The position numbers were made by a program, and so were the translations under genes. From the human T2T-CHM13v2.0 reference genome, Homo sapiens, in NCBI RefSeq assembly GCF_009914755.1, contig NC_060938.1: a stretch of 64,000 nt of DNA; one strand, 5' to 3'. Positions 28,493 through 42,617 of this stretch are shown here, one piece after another (position 1 is the stretch's first letter; the number at the start of each line of letters is the position of its first letter). The notes under the pieces were generated by a model, which did not search any database, was not told the origin of the DNA, and was given only the letters and a program-made list of their open reading frames with translations.

Positions 28493-28616
28493 GTATATAT
28501 GTTATTGGTTCTGTTTATGTTCACATATATATGTTATTGGTTCTGTTTATGTTCATATATATATATATATATATATGTTATTGGTTCTGTTTCTCTGGAG
28601 AACCCGGACTAACACA
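28054..28616 (+). mobile_element. ERVL LTR (MLT2-like) with internal TA and tandem repeats
   Basis: gtgatggttcatttaaagtgtcgacttgg...gatgaggttagcatttgaatc...ctggagaacccggactaacaca, followed by gatttggta (like the start of the ERVL internal/PBS region). Confidence 0.85.
28452..28592. repeat. (TA)n plus three copies of ATATATGTTATTGGTTCTGTTT
   Basis: Directly visible. Confidence 0.9.
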
Positions 28617-29851
28617 GATTTGGTAGAGACTATTGATTTCTATAATCCTGGAATATTGCAAAGTATACCGTGATACTCAGGCAATTTGAATTTAGTTTCT
28701 GGTTCTTTGGAAATATTTAAACTATCAAAGCCTCAGTTATAATACCTGTGTGGTGGGAAGACACCACCTCCACCTCCCTGTGAGGCACACCATGATTAGC
28801 CAGGGCAGGCATGGGATGTGCATGAAGCTGGACAACTGGCAGCCCAGTTTGGAGCTGGCGCAGTCAGCCTGGGCAGGCAGGAGGCTTTTGAAGGCTTCAG
28901 CCTCCTGCACTGGCTTCAAAGGCCCGGGACTCAGAGGCTGACATCTGACCAGGGACCTCCATGAGTTACTTATGTAATGGAGTTGAGGGCCTTGATGATG
29001 TGGAAATGCATGCCACAAAATCCTGCTTTTTTGTTAAGTTTTAAAGGACCTCAACATGTATTATTTTGGAGAGGATGGCTTTCTACTTTGAGATCCCTTC
29101 TTCCCAGCAAACACCAACCAACCTTTATTTTTACAGCCTGGAAGTTTATTTTGATGCTCTTGGCACAGACATCTCCCTAAGGAGAAGTCTTCAAACCTGT
29201 GCTCATTAGCATTTCTTCCAGGGCCTTCCAAGACCCCGTGGAGGAAATTCACAGAGCATGCTGTTGTCCTGCTTCCACTTAATATTCCACATCGGAGAGC
29301 CCTGCCCCAGGAAGAGGGGCCGACTTTTGTACTAAGCCAGGTAGATTTACTGAAATGCATCCCCAGACCTCACCTCCACTTGTAGCCAAGGCTAAACCAA
29401 GAGCCTATGAAGTAGGAGCCTTGTGGACAAATGAGGGTTTTCCGCTGTGGAGGGCACTCAGGTTGTGCCCCTTGGAATTGTCCCTTTTTCTTGGTAATTA
29501 AATCTAGGTGCCTAGAGTCCTATGTTCTTTACCTCGTTGTTTACTTTTTAAATAATTGATTGCCCACCTCAGTGTCTCATGAGCCAGGTAGCCATCCTTC
29601 CCTTGGATCACTGGAGCTGACCTCAGCCCAGCCTTCCCTTTCTGGAGACGGTTACCTATCACCGCCTCATTCTTCTCCTTCTGCACCGTCTAAAGTTCTC
29701 TCCTTGAGGAAGCCCATGGCAGATAAAACTGGAGCCAGGTTTGTAGAAATGCAAGTCCTTAGGGAGGAGGAGACACTTGAAGCATGTCCCAGGAAACCCA
29801 GATTCTGATTTGAACTGGATTGCAAAGGTTCATTTGCCAGGGTAGATGAAG

Positions 29852-29902
<51 letters not shown>
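29852..29902. repeat. (CT)n(CA)n microsatellite
   Basis: Directly visible. Confidence 0.95.
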
Positions 29903-29908
<6 letters not shown>

Positions 29909-30292
29909 TGACCCCTTCTACTCCTTGCTAGCTGAGGGACTAACCTTAGGCAAATCGCTTAACCCTTTCTAGAGGCAGTTTCTGCATCCCCTTTTGTTAA
30001 AGGCACGGATAGAAATTACCCCACCAGAGTCATTGGCAGTTCTGAAGATTCCAATGGAAGGTGTGCAGGGGAGTAGCTGCATGCCCTGTGTCCTCATGGG
30101 GTGCACCTGCATCACCTTAGTTTCTCCATCCCTAGGGTAGTAGGGTCTCTGAAAGGCAGCTAAACCACTGTGAGTTAATGACTGCCACACTGTAAAGGTC
30201 ATCGATCATTGTCTGCAGTTTGCAGAGACCGCTGAGCTCACTCTGAGCCTTTGGTGATGTGCTGAGAAGGGGAAGCAACATCCAATGAGGTT

Positions 30293-30672
30293 TGTATTAG
30301 TCCATTATCATGATGCTAATAAGGACATACCTGAGACTGGGTAATTTATAAAGGAAAGAGATTTAATTGACTTACAGTTCCACATGGCTGGGGAGGCCTC
30401 AGGAAACTTACAATCATGGCGAAAGGGGAAGCAAACACGTTTTTCTTCACATGATGGCAGGAAGGAGAAGTGCTGAGCAAAAGAGGGGAAAGCTCCTTTA
30501 TAAAGCCATGAGATTGTGTGAGAACTCACTCACTATCACGAGAACAGCAGCATGGGGGTAACTGCCCCCGTGATCCAATTACCCCCCACCAGGTCCCTCC
30601 CACAACACATGGGGATTTGGGGAGCTACAATTCAAGATGAGATTTGGGTGGGGACACAGCCAAACCATTTCA
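30293..30672 (-). mobile_element. THE1 (THE1C-like) solo LTR, ERVL-MaLR
   Basis: tgtattagtcc...acatacctgagactgggtaatttataaagg...gagatttgggtggggacacagccaaaccatttca. Confidence 0.92.
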
Positions 30673-32619
30673 CTCTTCCTCTGTTGCCCATGTCTCCCTT
30701 CAAGCCTTCATCACCAGGAGTCTTTCTCCTATAGTGAAATGCAAGCAAGCCCGTCTCTTCTCCACTTTCCCTGGATTTGGTGGCATAAACTCAAGTGTTC
30801 TGATTGCCATCATTGCTACTACTGTCACCCCAATTAAGCCGTGAACACACACTGCCCCCTGGGGATCCCCAGTCTTTGGCTAGCTTGCCACAGTCCCAGC
30901 CTTCTCTCCTGAAGGGGTTCAGATGGCAGCCTGTGGACCTAGCTTGTTGCCACCCTGAGGGATGGTGCCACTCAACCTCGGGAAGCTGGGCCCCCTTCTG
31001 TGGTGAGTGAAAGCCCCAGATGTCTCAGCAGAAGACCAGCCCCAGGGGGAGTGTAGACAGCTGCAGGGAGGTGGGGCACACAGGGTGCCCTGCCAGGGCT
31101 GGTGGACATCGCCTTGTGCCTGTCCAGCCCTGGGCCTTCGTCACAAAGGACTTTTGCTGAAATCAATCAGCTTGAGCTTCAGCACAGTTCCGGGGCATGC
31201 CTGGGAGAGCCATGTGAATGTGGCCTCACAGAGAGGTGAAGGGAGACCTGGTGTGAAGGGAGAAGCTCTTTTTGGAGTTGCCTCTTACTCAGACTCCACA
31301 ATGGTCATGCAGGGCTCAAGAGATCCTCCAAGTCAGAATGGCCATCAGGGTTAAGGTGGGGGATATGAATGGAAAGGCCTGGGACTCAGGGAGCCGTGCC
31401 CACGCTGTTGGAGAATCCTTCCGAGCACTTCCTCAGGAGAGTTGTCGCATGTTCTGCAGGCCTGTCGCAACACCACAGTGATCTGTGCTATGGGCTGAGG
31501 TCCACTGAGTCTCGATTTGCCAAGCACCTTTGTCATATATGCAGTAAAATCTTGGCGCTGTAGAAAGAGCTTGGGACGTGGAGGCAGATGTGGTTTGGGG
31601 TCCAGCCTGACCCTGGGTGCTTGGGCCTCAGCTGAGTCTGTGCAGTGGGAAGGCCACCACCACCTCCCAGGGGCCCTGAGGACTGCATGGAATGGTGAAC
31701 GCCGGGCTTGCCACAGTGCCTGGCTCAGAGCAAATGCTGCAGTCTCCTTCCCAGGTGTGCTTTTGATTTACTTGCTAATATGCATACCAGAAAATTGTTT
31801 TGGTGGAGGGGATGATACGGTTCTCTAACTTGTAACAAATGCACAGAACCCTGTGACCATGACCACAATAAAAATTTAGAACTTTCCATCACTCCAAAAT
31901 ATCTCCTCTTGCTGCCTCTTGCGGTCAACCACCCACTACCTGACACATCCCTGTCTCTGCTGTTGTCCACCCCATTGTTTTTTGCATCATCCAGAATACC
32001 ATCTAAATGGCCTTTTCCACATAGCTTCATTCAGTGTAACCTAATGCATTTGAGATTCACCCATGTCATTGCGGACATCAATAACCTGTTCATTTTTATC
32101 GCCAAGTGGGATTATATTGGGTGAATGTAGACAGTTTGCCCATTTACCAGTTGAAAGTCATTCGCGTTGTTTCCAGTGTAGGGCAGCTATGAATAAAGCT
32201 ATTGTAAACATTTGCACACAGGTTTTTGGTGAACACCAGTTTTTATTCCTCTTGGGTAAATACGTAGGAGTGGGATTTCTGGGTCATATGATAAACATAT
32301 GTTTAACTTTGTAAGAACTGGCTAAACTGCTTTCTTTAAATGGCTGCATAATTGCTTCCCACAGCAAGGTACAAGAGTTCTGGTTGCTCCAATTTCTCAT
32401 CAGAAATTAGGAACATCAGGTTTTTTTTTTAAGTTTAGCCATTGTGATAGATGTGTAGTGTTATCTCATAGTAGTTTTAATTTACATTTCCCTAATTAAT
32501 GATGATGAACACCTTTTCAAGTGTTTATTTGCCCTCTGTATATATATCTCTTGTTCAGTGACATATCTCCTATTTAGCTGTTCAGATCTTTTACCTATTT
32601 TTAAAACTGGGTTGTTTTC

Positions 32620-33475
32620 CAGCCTCATTAAAAAGTGGGCAAAGGACATGAACAGACACTTCTCAAAAGAAGACATTCATGTGGCCAAGAAACCTATGAA
32701 AAAAAGTTCAACCTCACTGATCATTAGAGAATGCAAATCAAAACCACAGTGAGATACCATCTCACACCAGTCAGAATGGTGATTATTAAAAAGTCAAGAA
32801 ACAACAGATGCTGGAAAGTTTGTAAAGAAAAAGAATGCTTTTATACTGTTGGTGGGAGTGTAAATTAGCTCAACCGTTTTGGAAGACTGTGTGGCAGTTC
32901 CTCAAAGATCTAGAAGCAGAAATACCATTTGACCCAGCAATCCCATTATTGGGGCTATACCCAAAGGAATATATAATAAATTATTCTATTAAAAAGATAC
33001 ATGCATGTGTATGTTCATTGCAGCACTATTCACAAGAGCAAAGACATGCAATCAACCCAAATGCCCATCGATGATAGACTGGATAAAAAAATGTGGTACA
33101 TATATGCCATGGAATACTACACAGCCATAAAAAGGAATGAGATCATGTCCTTTGCAGGGACATGGATGGAGCTGGAAGCTGTTATCCTCAGCAAACTAAC
33201 ACAGAAACAGAAAACCAAGCACTGAATGTTATCACTTACAAGTGGGAGCTGAACTATGAAAACACGTGGACACATGGGGGACACTGGGGCCTGTTGGGAA
33301 GGGTGGGAAGAGGGAGAGCATCAGAAAGAATAGCTAATGGAGGCCGGGCTTAATACCTAGGTGATGGGTTGATCTGTGCAGCACACCACATGGCACTTGT
33401 TAACCTACATAACAACAAACCTGCACCTTCTGCACATGGACCCCAGAACTTGAAATAGAAGTTGAAGGAAAAAAC
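32620..33475 (+). mobile_element. 5'-truncated older L1PA (L1PA15-17-like) nested in the L1M in opposite orientation
   Basis: ORF2 C-terminal remnants ([17 protein letters not shown]; MWYIYAMEYYTAIKRNEIMSFAGTWMELEAVILSKL). TSD AAASTGGGTTGTTTTC at 32604-32619 and 33476-33491. Confidence 0.92.
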
Positions 33476-35781
33476 AAAGTGGGTTGTTTTCTTATTGTTG
33501 AGTTTTCAGTGTTCTTTATATATTCTACTTATAAGTTCTTTGTCAGATAGATGATTTGTAAATAGTTTCTTTCAGCCTGTGGCTTGTCTTTTCATTCTCT
33601 TAATGGTGTTTTTCATGGAGAAAATGTTTTTAGTTTTAATAAAATCCAGTTTGCAGTGTTTTCTTGTATGGATTATGCTTTTGATGTTGGATCTAATAAC
33701 TCTGCCTACCATAAGATTACAGACATTTTTCTCTTAACATATTTTTCTAAACGTGTTATAGTTTTATGATTTCATTTAGGTCTAAGATCCATTTTGAGTT
33801 TTTTGTATAAGGCATGAGTTTTTTTTTTTTTGCTGCAGCTGTTTTGTAATTTTTGTGTAAGAGATTGGGTTCCAAGTTCACATATTCTGTCTCTCTATAT
33901 ATTGTTGCATATTGATGTCCACTTGTTCCAGCATCATTTGTTGAAAAGACTATCCTTTTTCCATTGAATTGCCTTTGCAATTTTTTCAAAAATTAATTGG
34001 CCATATTATGTGCATCTCATTTCTGGACCCTCTATTTAATGTATGCATCCATCCTTTTGCTAACACTGTCTTGATAACTGTAGCTTTATCGTAAGTCTTG
34101 AAATACAGTAGCATGAGTTCACCAAATTTGTTTTTTTTTTTTCAAAATTGTTTTGATTATGCTTAGTCCTTTGCCTTTGCAAATAAATGTTTGAATCAGC
34201 TTGTTGGCATTGACAAACATTCCTGCTGGGATCTTCATTGGGATGGCATTGAGGTTTTACATCAATCTGGGGAGAATTCACATCTTAACAATATTGAGTC
34301 TTTGATTTCATGACCATAGTATTTCTCTCCATTTATTTAGATCTTCTTTGCTATTTCATCAGTATGTTGTTTTCAGCATTCAGATCCTGCATGTATTTTG
34401 TTAGATCTAGGCTAAGTATTTTATTTTTTGGTGTTGTTGTAAATGGTGCTTTTTGGCTAAAGTTCATATTGTTTGTTGCTTGAGTGTGGAAATACAATTG
34501 ATCTTTTAATATTGACCTTGTGTTCTATGACCTTTCAAAATTCAGTTATTAGTTATATGATGTTTTGGAAATTCCTTGAGATTTTCTGTATAGACAATCA
34601 TTTCTTCTGCAATTAGAGATAGTTTTATGTCTTCTTTATATATAAGGCATCTCTGTATATATATGACTTTTATTTCTTTTTCTTGCTTTATTGTACTGGC
34701 AAAAACTTTCAGTGTGATTTTGAATGGGAGTGGTGAGGTTAGACATCTTCTCGTATTCCTAGATCGTAGAGGGAAGCATTCACTCTTTCACCATTAGGTA
34801 TAATGTTAGCTATAGGTTGTTTGGTTTTGTTTTCTAGATGTTCTTTATCAGATCCAGGAAGTTCCCTTCTATTTCTAGTTTACTAAGAGTTTTAAATCAT
34901 GAGTGGATGTTTACTTTTGTCAAATGCTTTTTCTGCATCTATTGATATGATTGTTTTGTTTCTTCATAGTTCTGTCAGTGTGGCATGAATTGTAAGGATT
35001 GATTTTTTTTGGATGTTGAATATTTGAATGCTTTGCATTATCTTCTCTATATATTGCTGGATTTAATTTACCAATATCTCATTGACTACTTTTTGTCTTG
35101 TTCAGTTGAGATATTGATCCACAGTTTTCTGCTCTTGTAATGTCTTTGATTTTGTTAGCAGAGTAATGCTGCCTCATTAAGATGATTTGGGAAGTGTTCC
35201 ACAAAATGAGTTGGAAAATGTTCTCTCCTCTTATTTTTTGGAACAGAATGTCTACAACTTGTATTTTTCTTCTTTATATTTTTGGTAAATTCTTCAATAA
35301 AATCATTTGGTGATTTTTTCCCAGAAGATTTTTAACCAAAAATTTAACTTATTTAATAGCTATAAGGACTGTGTGGTTTATCTTTTTTTCTTGAGTAAGT
35401 TTTGGTAGTTTGTGTTTTTTAAGGTATTGATTCATTTCACCTACATTGTCAAACCTATGGGTATGCAGTTGTTTTTAATTATCTCAGTAATTCCTTATTG
35501 TCTGCCCTTTTGCTGTCAGTAATATCTGTGGCAATATCCCTTTTCCATTTCTGATATTGGTAATTTGTGTTTTCTCCCTTCTTGCTCAGCCTGGCGAGAG
35601 GTTTATCATTGTTATTGATCTTTTAAAAGAACCAGTTTGTAGAGTCACTGATTTTTCTCTATTGTTTCTGTTTTCAATTTTATTGAGTTTTGTTCTTATC
35701 TCTATTATTTCCTTCCTTCTGTATGCTTTGGGTTTAATTTAATCTTCCCCTCTTCCTAATTTCTTAAGGTATAGTTTAGAT

Positions 35782-35996
35782 CAGGGGTGTCCAACATTTT
35801 TGCTTCCCTGGGCCACATTGGAAGAAGAAGAATTGCCTTGGTCCACACATGAAATACACTAACACTAATGATAGCTGATGAGAAAAAAAAATGCAGGAAA
35901 ATCTAGTAATGTTTTAAGAAAGCTTATGGATTTGTGTTGGGCCACATTCTGTCCTGGGCTGCATGCAGCCCGTGGGCTGTGGGTTGGACAAGGTTG
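35782..35996. mobile_element. MER30 hAT-Charlie MITE
   Basis: caggggtgtccaa...ttggacaaggttg with an exact 8-bp hAT-type TSD GTTTAGAT at 35774-35781 and 35997-36004. Confidence 0.9.
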
Positions 35997-36562
35997 GTTT
36001 AGATTATTAAATTGAGACCTTTCTTCTTTTCTCATATAAACAATTAGTACTATAAATTTTTCTCTAAGCACTGCTTTAGTTGCATCAATGCGTGCTGATA
36101 ACTTGTATTTTCACTTTTACTCAGTTCAGAATATTTGCTAGTTTCCCTTGAGACTTCCCTCTTGATCCATGGATTATTTAGGAGTGTGTGATTTAGCTTC
36201 CAAGTTTTGGGAGATTTCCCCAATGTCTTTCTGTTATTGACTCCTAGTTTAATTCCATTATGATCAGAAGACATATTTCATAGGATTTTGATTCCTTTAA
36301 GCTTGTGAAGGTTTGCTTTATGACCCAGGATATGGTCTGTCCTGGTGACTATTTCACGTGCCCATGAGAAGAACGTGCATTCTGTTGTCAGGTGGAAGGT
36401 TCAGTACACGTCAGTTAGATCTTGTTGGTTGATGGTGACATTCAGGTCTTCTGTGTCCTTGTTGATTTCCTATTTCTTTCTATACCAAGAGAGAAGTGCT
36501 GAGGTGTGATAATTTTGGACTGGATTCTGGGTGTTTTGAATATTATGTTGTGAGATGCTGGG

Positions 36563-36962
36563 GGCTATGGGCTGAGTTGTTGCCCCCTCCCTCAACCCCA
36601 CCATTCCTATGTTGAAACCCTAACTCCCAATACCTTAGACATGAGTGTATTTGGAGATAGGGTCTTTAAAGGGGGTGATTAAGTTAAAATGAGGTCACTA
36701 GGATATGCCCTAGTTCAGTATGATTGGCATCCTTATAAGAATAGGAAATTAGGACACGGACATGCACAGAGGGAAGACCATGTGAAGACACAGGGAGAAG
36801 GTGGCCACCTGCAAGCCAACGAGAGAGGCCTCAGAAGAAAACAGCCTTACCGACACCTTGATCTTGGACGTCCACCCTCCAGGACTGTGAGGATGTAAAT
36901 CTCTGCTGTTTAAGCCACCCAGTCTGGGGTACTTTGTATGGCAGCCAGAGCTAACTAGTACA
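36563..36962 (+). mobile_element. ERVL-MaLR solo LTR (MLT1B-like)
   Basis: tatttggagatagggtctttaaag...gggaagaccatgtgaagacacagggagaag...ggcagccagagctaactagtaca. Confidence 0.88.
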
Positions 36963-38439
36963 CTGTGTCTTGTTAAAACTTTTAGAGCATTGCTTTGTTT
37001 TGGCAGTTTGGGTCTGGTCTGAAAATTCTCTGTCACCTTCTATAAGCAGTGGTTGCATGTCGTTTGGGTGTGTCTTGCAGGTGCACCCCTCAGGGGTTAG
37101 TCTCGACATGGCAGGGGTTTGCACCATAGTTCAGTTATCAGAGCCTTTACTGTGCTCCTTTGAATCTCTTTTGTGCATGCAGTTTGGGGTGAGCCCAAAA
37201 TATGTACAGGTTCACACCACAAACTTAGGGGGTTCCCTTCTCCAGCTTCCTCCCTCTGGGTTCCCCTGACACTGTCTAGCTCCCATGGGCCTTTCTGTGT
37301 AACCCTCTGGCTGCAAAGCCTGCGTTTCTGCCCGCTGCATCCTCATGTGCTGCTGCAGAGGTCTGCACTGCCAGGGCACCCTGCAGGCAAAGCAGTGAGA
37401 GAAAATGGAAGAGATCAAGGGAGCCCCCACACTCTTCAGACCATGGGGCCCTTCCCTGGCTTCCTCTGGCCAGCGGAACTGTCACTGCTGCCATCGCAAC
37501 CGTGGCAACACAGCTCAGCAACTGACACTGCTTTGAGAGGCAGGACCAGGAGAGAAAAAAGAGAAAACAAGTAAAAATCGGGGATTCCCCTCAAACTGCC
37601 AGCTCACAGGAGCCTGGCTTCTCAGTCTTCTGTCTAGAGAGAGGGGGTTTCTTCTAGAGCTTTTGTGCTCAGTCCTGGGAGATAAAAAAGGCAAAAACCC
37701 CAGTAAGCTCATGATGCCTGTCTTTCTCCAGGTTTATCTTCCTTCCCCGAGCCAGCTGTTGCCGCCTTCTTGCCAGGGGCCTCGGCCATTGCTTGTTGGA
37801 GCTTGCCTGGGCTTACTCTATCTGTGCCGGCACCGCAAGCATTTTTTCATACTCTCCTAGTTTCATAATGGTCCTGTGGGTCCCAGGCAGGAGTTCTCAT
37901 GTTGAGACAGGGAACAGATCCAGCAAAAGAAGTGGCCCAGTCCAGCAGGCAGACTGGGCTGGCACCAAGATCTTACATCTCCCTTTGGGACCCCTTCAGG
38001 TACCACCCATCCCTTCAGGAGGACCTGCCTGCCTGTTCACGGTCCTGCAGTCCTGCCCGCCCCAGCTCAGGAGGCCGCTGTGCCATTAAGAGCCCAGCCT
38101 CCCAGCAGTTCCTGCTGATTTGTAAGAGTCCACAAATGGGAAATGAAAACTCAGGTGCTTTCCACCCTTTGCTGACCCTCCTGCTCTGTGGGGCTTCAGC
38201 CCTCCCCGTCAGAGGACATTTATGAGGGGATCAGCGTGTACCTAGCCATGCACCTTCCATTTCCTTTCTTACGTTCCCAGTGTAATCCACATAAAATAAA
38301 CCAGACCCAAAAGTGGAAAATGGAGAAAATCAAAAGAGACCCCACTCTGGAGACACCTTGAGACAGCAGGTCCAGCTCTCTGCCTTGGGAGTCATGGGGC
38401 CAGGCAGCAAGGATGAAACTTACAATGACAGTTCACGAG

Positions 38440-38630
38440 CATGGAACACGTACAGCCGAGTGCTGTGAGTTTCTGTCACGCCATAGCACCTTAGGAGGTG
38501 GTTCCTGCTCTTATCTTCATTTTACAGATAAGGAAGCTGAGGCATTGGATGGTTAGTCACTTGCCCTCATCATACAGCTAAAAAGGAACCACGCAGGAGC
38601 TCAGTCTCATGCCTGATTCTGCAGCTCTTA
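38440..38630 (-). mobile_element. MIR SINE
   Basis: cattttacagataaggaagctgaggca...cacttgccc. Confidence 0.65.
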
Positions 38631-39142
38631 TAATGAATCCCAACCTGTGTTGCCTCTTTCTAGCCGAAATGTCTTCACCCCGTCGAAATCCCATCACCTT
38701 TTTCCTCTCTCTGTGAAAGTGCACATGACACCATTTTATGACTGTGTGTGTTTCAGTCTATATTCTTTTTAAATGTTGAGCCCTTCCGAAGTCATGAGTA
38801 ACCCTTGGTGTGCCTAATGTCTGTCTATCACTTCCTGGTCTTCCTGGTGCAAGTGGGCCTTTGGTATTTGTTGAATGAATAATGAAAGGATGGATGGATG
38901 GTATTCAAATCTGTCCAGCCTTTATGTTTAGACCACAGAGACCCTGCGAGAATTTAGTGATGAGAGAAATTATCTTTAGAATGTTTGTACACTAAGTGGA
39001 GTCTTCTCTGGAATTTTCTGATGTGCTAGGTCCCCCAGAGAGCCTGGGCCACAGATGGTGTGTTCTGAAGAGACAAAACTGAAGGCGTGGTCCCTTGTAC
39101 AAATTCTGAAATTGCTGCTAGTTTTTAGATTAGCCACATATT

Positions 39143-39335
39143 GAGTTGTCAGATGTAGCAAATAAAAGATGCACAGTTAAATTTCATTGTCAGATAAACA
39201 ACAAATAATTATTTAGGATAAGTATAGGCTGTGTGATATGTGGGATATACTTATGCTAATATGTGGGATATACTTATGCTAAAAATTGTGTTGTTTATTT
39301 GAAATTCGAATTTAACTAGGCATCTTAAATTTTGT
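39143..39335. mobile_element. MER53 palindromic hAT MITE with an internal 23-bp tandem duplication
   Basis: cagttaaatttcattgtcagataaacaac...gttgtttatttgaaattcgaatttaacta form inverted arms typical of MER53. Confidence 0.8.
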
Positions 39336-40870
39336 TTGAGAATTTTATTGAAGGGTTTATATGGCAATATTTGCCACACAGACTCTCACTTTAGGCCCGT
39401 CTATAACTGACTTCAGCCTTCTTAGTATTGGGCAGGGACTTCTGACCTTAGATGTCACCCCATCCAAGCCACTCCCTAGTATGTAAGGATCCAAGACAGG
39501 GCAGGGCTGGAGCAGGGCCAGATCTCAGGTCTCCAGGCCCAGAGCAGTGTGGGAGCAGCACAGCCCACTGGGGACATGGTTGTCTTTACCCCCACACAAA
39601 TTTAACTTTAAAATTCATAGCCCAGGAGCATCAGATTCTAACTGTTCGAGGCCAGGTTGCTGCAGAACGGGCTCAGCCAAGACTGGCACTGAGACTGCAT
39701 CTAATGGAGGAGGGTCTGGTGGCCCCCGTATCACAAACCATCACAATCACACTTCTATTGTTTTGTGTTTACCCATCCTCTGAAAGGCCTGCTGGGGTCA
39801 CCTCTGATAACCACGCTTTGAAGATTTCCTTCTGAAACCGTTTTCCGTTCCTTTCTCTGTAGAGGTGGAGCTTAGGGGAGATTTATATAACGGTCACCTC
39901 CTTAGTAGGAACAGGTGGAGGCCTAAAGGCCACCCCACTCCTTGGAGCAGCATGGAGACTGTCGGGAAGGCAGGGCCCTCTGAGGCTCCTGGAGGATGCT
40001 GTCCCATTTTCCACAATGGCCCGGACCACCTGGAACACCCCACATCGCACTCAGCCACCCCATGCTACATGGTGCCCCGACACTGCAGGGCAGGGACCCC
40101 AAGCCTGGGGCACCCTTCTGAATTCAGAGAGCACTTAATCCCACGGCCACAACTGATTATAACCATCACGCGTTTGGTGCACTCCAATGCTCAAAGCACT
40201 GCTCTTAATTTTAGGAAGTTCAAAAATACCAAAAAATAACAGACACTCGTATACCCACTGACCAGAATAGGCCATTTATAATATTTCATCATGTTTGCCT
40301 TGTCTTTCCTTATAAGAAACGACTGCAGATGAAATCAGTCTGCTTTGTCCCATCTCCCCCTTTCCCAGAGGCAGCCACGATCATGAATCTGGCTTCACAA
40401 TCCAAGTTGGTACTTTTACTAACATTTGTATAAATCCATGCATAGTACATGGTCATATTATGCATGCACGTTTTTGATTTCAAGAATGCTATCGGAGTTT
40501 ATTTTGTGACTTGCCTTTTCCCCTAGAAAGCATTTTTCATCCAGTGTTAAGAACCTCCCAGCAGCCCCCTTCTATACGGCTGTCTTTATTATTTCCCCTG
40601 TTTTTAACTGAGAAACCTCTGCCTCAGAGAGATTAAGAAGTGGGCCTAGATCACACCACGAGGCAATGTTGGCCCTGGGGCTAAATCTCATCACGCCCTC
40701 AGGATTCTTGACTAATGGTCCTAGGATTCATTCATTTACCAAATATTTTTTGAGTGTCTGCTCTGGTCTAGGCATTGGGGATACTGTGATACTGTGGAAG
40801 AGCCCTGCCTTCCGAAAAGCGTAGGCAGAAAATACAGCCTTCTGTCTTCAACAAGCCAACAAGTGTTTTT

Positions 40871-41198
<328 letters not shown>

Positions 41199-42079
41199 TT
41201 AATCTTGATGTGAATATCTCCTCCGATAGGGAAACAAGCCCCCCTCGCCCCCCAGGTCACCCTGTGTTGTCCTGGTTGCCAGTGTCTAACTCAGCAAGAA
41301 GAGACTAGTTTTCTTGTTCTGCCCTCTTAAGCCACTCTGTCTTCTGCACAGTAGCTTTTCTAGGGTTTAAGGTTAGGCTCACGCCCCCAAATCTGCTCTG
41401 AGTCAAAACCTCATCCAAGAATCCCATTCTCTGAAGGCCAGTGGCCACCCTTGCCCACTGGCGTGAGAAAACCCTGTTGCTCATTTCCAGCAGTGGCGTG
41501 CCACCAGAAGGGCATCTTTAAAAGTGGCTAAAAGTAGACTGGAGCTGGTCGGGTGGGCTTTGAGAGTGACATTCTCTCATCACCTGCTTCCAGGATGACC
41601 TCAGCCAACACCCCTCATTCTGACCACAAGCCAGCTCCTGATCAAATTTTTGTAACTTCCAAATGATGGAATTGAGACTGACTTTTTGTTTTTGAGTCAT
41701 GGAATTCTGCTGTTGGAAGTTATTGTTATGTCTAACTCAGCACTTTCCATTTAGAACCTATTTTACAAAGAAAAAAAATATCAAAACAAAATAAAACCAA
41801 CAAACCTGAGACAGATGGATGGAGCAACAGGGCTGACCAGCTTTGGAGCACCTCTCAGCCGCCTGTCTCAGCATACGCTAGGGGGCACGGGTGGCCATCT
41901 GCTGACAACTGAAAATGAGTACCTGGTTATCGATCACACAAAAAGCACATGACCAGAAATGCCGTGTTCCTGATTTCCTCACTTTAGCTTAAGCAGCTGG
42001 ATAAGAGATGCATGTGATACTGTCCTACAAGGACGACAGAGGGAAGGAATATTGGTAATCATTGCGTAACTGTCTTGGG

Positions 42080-42250
42080 CCATGCTTTCTTATACATGAT
42101 CTTATTCACTGCTTGCAACAATCTCGCTGGTTGGACTGCATTCTCTTCATTACTTATAGAAGGGAAATTGAGGCAAGTGGGTAAGTAACTCACCCAAGCT
42201 CCACCATATGTGGCAAAGCAGGATTCAGCCCCAAGCCTTTCTGACACCAG
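42080..42250 (-). mobile_element. MIR SINE
   Basis: gggaaattgaggc...gtaagtaactcacccaag...gtggcaaagcaggattc. Confidence 0.65.
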
Positions 42251-42617
42251 AACCCACCCTCATTTCCCACGCTCTGAGACAGCAGAATCCGTCCCACACT
42301 GACCATCCTCTTTGGCAGTTCTGAGCTCCCACTACAGGTGCAGGGCAAAGGGGACTCCCCATGAGGCCTGTCCCACGGCTGGGAGCTCCAGGATTGGGGT
42401 TTATGAAGTACCGCCTGTGGGGAGCCCTTCTGCTGATTTCAAGTTCATTAATTCTGCATGCTTTTACTTGTCACTTTTTTTGTATGTTAAGGATGGGGCT
42501 GAGGGGGTTTGTGATGAGTAGACCATATCCTTGCCTTCAAGAGTTCTCTGTCTAATGGGAGGTGGACATCCAGTTATGCACACCATCCTGACTCCTTTCT
42601 GGAACGGAAGTCTGGGG

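Larger units (their letters stand above)
31790..36560 (-). mobile_element. Large old L1M element (antisense ORF2/3'UTR) interrupted by an L1PA and a MER30
   Basis: Minus-strand ORF remnants are L1 ORF2-like (SSDHNGIKLGVNNRKTLGKSPKTWKLNHTLLNNPWIKREVSRE; QFNGKRIVFST). Confidence 0.88.
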
